Origin: Halogeometricum borinquense DSM 11551
Lineage (GTDB): Archaea > Halobacteriota > Halobacteria > Halobacteriales > Haloferacaceae
Reading direction: 5' to 3'
DNA: 32,000 nt
Assembly: GCF_000172995.2 (NCBI RefSeq)
Contig: NC_014729.1
Coordinates: forward strand, 2,040,001 to 2,072,000
The position numbers and the translations under genes are program-made. The notes beneath the pieces were generated by a model. That model saw only the letters and a program-made list of their open reading frames with translations. It did not search any database and was not told the origin of the DNA. This document shows positions 31,106-32,000 of the stretch, piece by piece (the first letter of the stretch is position 1; each line of letters starts with the position of its first letter).

Positions 31106-32000
31106 TTACTCGTGGGTCTCGTTTTCGGCTTTGTCGTCCGTCTCCACCGCCGGGTCGTGCCGTTCGTACCACGAGGTGATCTCGTCAAGCCGGTGGATGG
31201 CTCGGTCGGGGTCGCCGACGTTGTGATGTTCGTCGGGGTAGATGACGAGGCGCGCCTCGACGCCCTGCTTCTTGGCGCTGACGTACAACTGCTCGGACTG
31301 CGACGGTGGACACCGCCAGTCCTCGCCGCCCGCGATCACGAGAAGCGGCGTTCGAACGTTCCCGATATCGGTGATAGACGACGACGCCTCGAACCTCTCG
31401 GGGTTCTCCCACGGGACGCCGAACTCGTTGTCGGTCCAGATGTGACTGTCGTCGGTGCCGTACGCCGACCGCAGGTCGTAAATGCCGTGTTCCGGTGCGG
31501 CCGCGGTGAAGAGGTCGGGTTCCTGCGTAACGAGAAAGCCCTGTGCGATGCCGCCGTAGGAGAAGCCGTGACCGAAGATGCGATCCTCGGCGGCCCATCC
31601 GCGGGAGACAAGTTCGCGCACGCCGGCGGCGATATCCGTCACTTCAACGGTTCCCCACTGTCCGCGGAGTGCCTCCGCAAACTCGCGTCCGTACGATGAT
31701 CCACCGCGGTAGTTCGGCCGGAACACGAGGTAATCACGGGAGGTGAACACCGCGTGGGTGAATCTGAATACCGGTTCGTCGTAGTTGACCGGACCGCCGT
31801 GGATGGCGACGACCAACGGATGCGGATCTGGATCGTCGAAGTCGAACGACGGCGGCGCGTAGACGATGCCCTCGATTTCCTCGCCGTCGCTCTCGTAGGT
31901 GACCCGCCGAACTTTCGGCAGTTCGTACGTCTCGCGTAGTTCGGCGTTCAGGTCGGTCAGACGCGTCAGATCCGGAGTCGCGTCTATCGAGTCGAGATCG
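31106..32000 (-). CDS. S9 family serine peptidase (prolyl oligopeptidase/acylaminoacyl-peptidase-like), C-terminal catalytic domain; the 5' end lies beyond the window
   Basis: The track 'start' at 31816 is a TTG. Hand translation stays open for the 15 codons checked upstream of 31816 (to 31861: ...YAPPSFDFDDPDPHPLVVAIHGGP). The rest to 32000 was not translated, so the extension to the window end is assumed. Nucleophile elbow GHGFSYGG and a C-terminal DEHH region are present. TAA at 31106..31108. Confidence 0.8.
   Translation of the reverse strand, partial: DLDSIDATPDLTRLTDLNAELRETYELPKVRRVTYESDGEEIEGIVYAPPSFDFDDPDPHPLVVAIHGGPVNYDEPVFRFTHAVFTSRDYLVFRPNYRGGSSYGREFAEALRGQWGTVEVTDIAAGVRELVSRGWAAEDRIFGHGFSYGGIAQGFLVTQEPDLFTAAAPEHGIYDLRSAYGTDDSHIWTDNEFGVPWENPERFEASSSITDIGNVRTPLLVIAGGEDWRCPPSQSEQLYVSAKKQGVEARLVIYPDEHHNVGDPDRAIHRLDEITSWYERHDPAVETDDKAENETHE

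Noticed and set aside
31029-31172. A 48-aa N-terminal extension of the macro-domain ORF overlapping the S9 peptidase stop.
   Set aside because: The extension is basic and low-complexity and contains the TATA-like AATTTTTG. The macro domain begins exactly at the internal ATG (MEFRVVHGD...).
1-32000. A by-eye scan for tRNA, rRNA, IS elements, integrases, toxin-antitoxin pairs or defence genes.
   Set aside because: All intergenic gaps are 200 bp or shorter and are accounted for by promoters, terminators and the repeat. I saw no cloverleaf-like sequence, no terminal inverted repeats with a transposase, and no recognisable defence or TA proteins. A tRNAscan or Infernal run would be needed to exclude small ncRNAs formally.

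Overview
This is GC-rich DNA encoding strongly acidic proteins, which is typical of a halophilic archaeon. The gene order recalls a Haloferax-type main chromosome, but that is from memory and cannot be verified here. The window is densely coding, with about 30 CDS. I saw no rRNA, tRNA, CRISPR array, IS element or integrase.

Layout:
- 0.66-11.1 kb (minus strand): an 11-gene, translationally coupled complex-I-like operon, nuoA-B-CD-H-I-J1-J2-K-L-M-N, with no nuoEFG.
- 11.2-16.7 kb: purK-purE, a large GT-C-like membrane protein, and a ribH-aminotransferase pair joined by an ATGA overlap.
- 16.8-20.15 kb (minus strand): an operon of a secreted, C-terminally anchored beta-sandwich-repeat protein followed by a MacB/FtsX-type ABC ATPase and permease.
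- 20.3-26.9 kb: a short Hel308 paralogue, then the complete archaeal AMP-salvage trio (type III RuBisCO, ribose-1,5-bisphosphate isomerase, AMP phosphorylase) with an orphan membrane protein embedded in it.
- 27-32 kb (minus strand): a run of mostly leaderless genes. These are a thioredoxin with a charged N-terminal extension, a wHTH regulator coupled to a tiny 3-TM protein, a Tat-lipoprotein PEBP, an OYE-type flavoprotein with a 4Fe-4S motif, a macro-domain protein and a partial S9 peptidase.

The ORF track accepts GTG/TTG starts, so several listed ORFs carry spurious N-terminal extensions, which I trimmed. I do not see a clear-cut new system such as a defence island.

The best candidates for under-described biology are:
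- a 3 x 32-bp G-rich tandem repeat upstream of rbcL;
- the wHTH/3-TM pair with a triple CGCGGGG-arm operator-like element;
- the MacB-type ABC operon with a surface repeat protein as a possible extracytoplasmic partner;
- the orphan membrane protein inside the AMP-salvage cluster.

All functional calls rest on motif recognition by eye, not on database searches.
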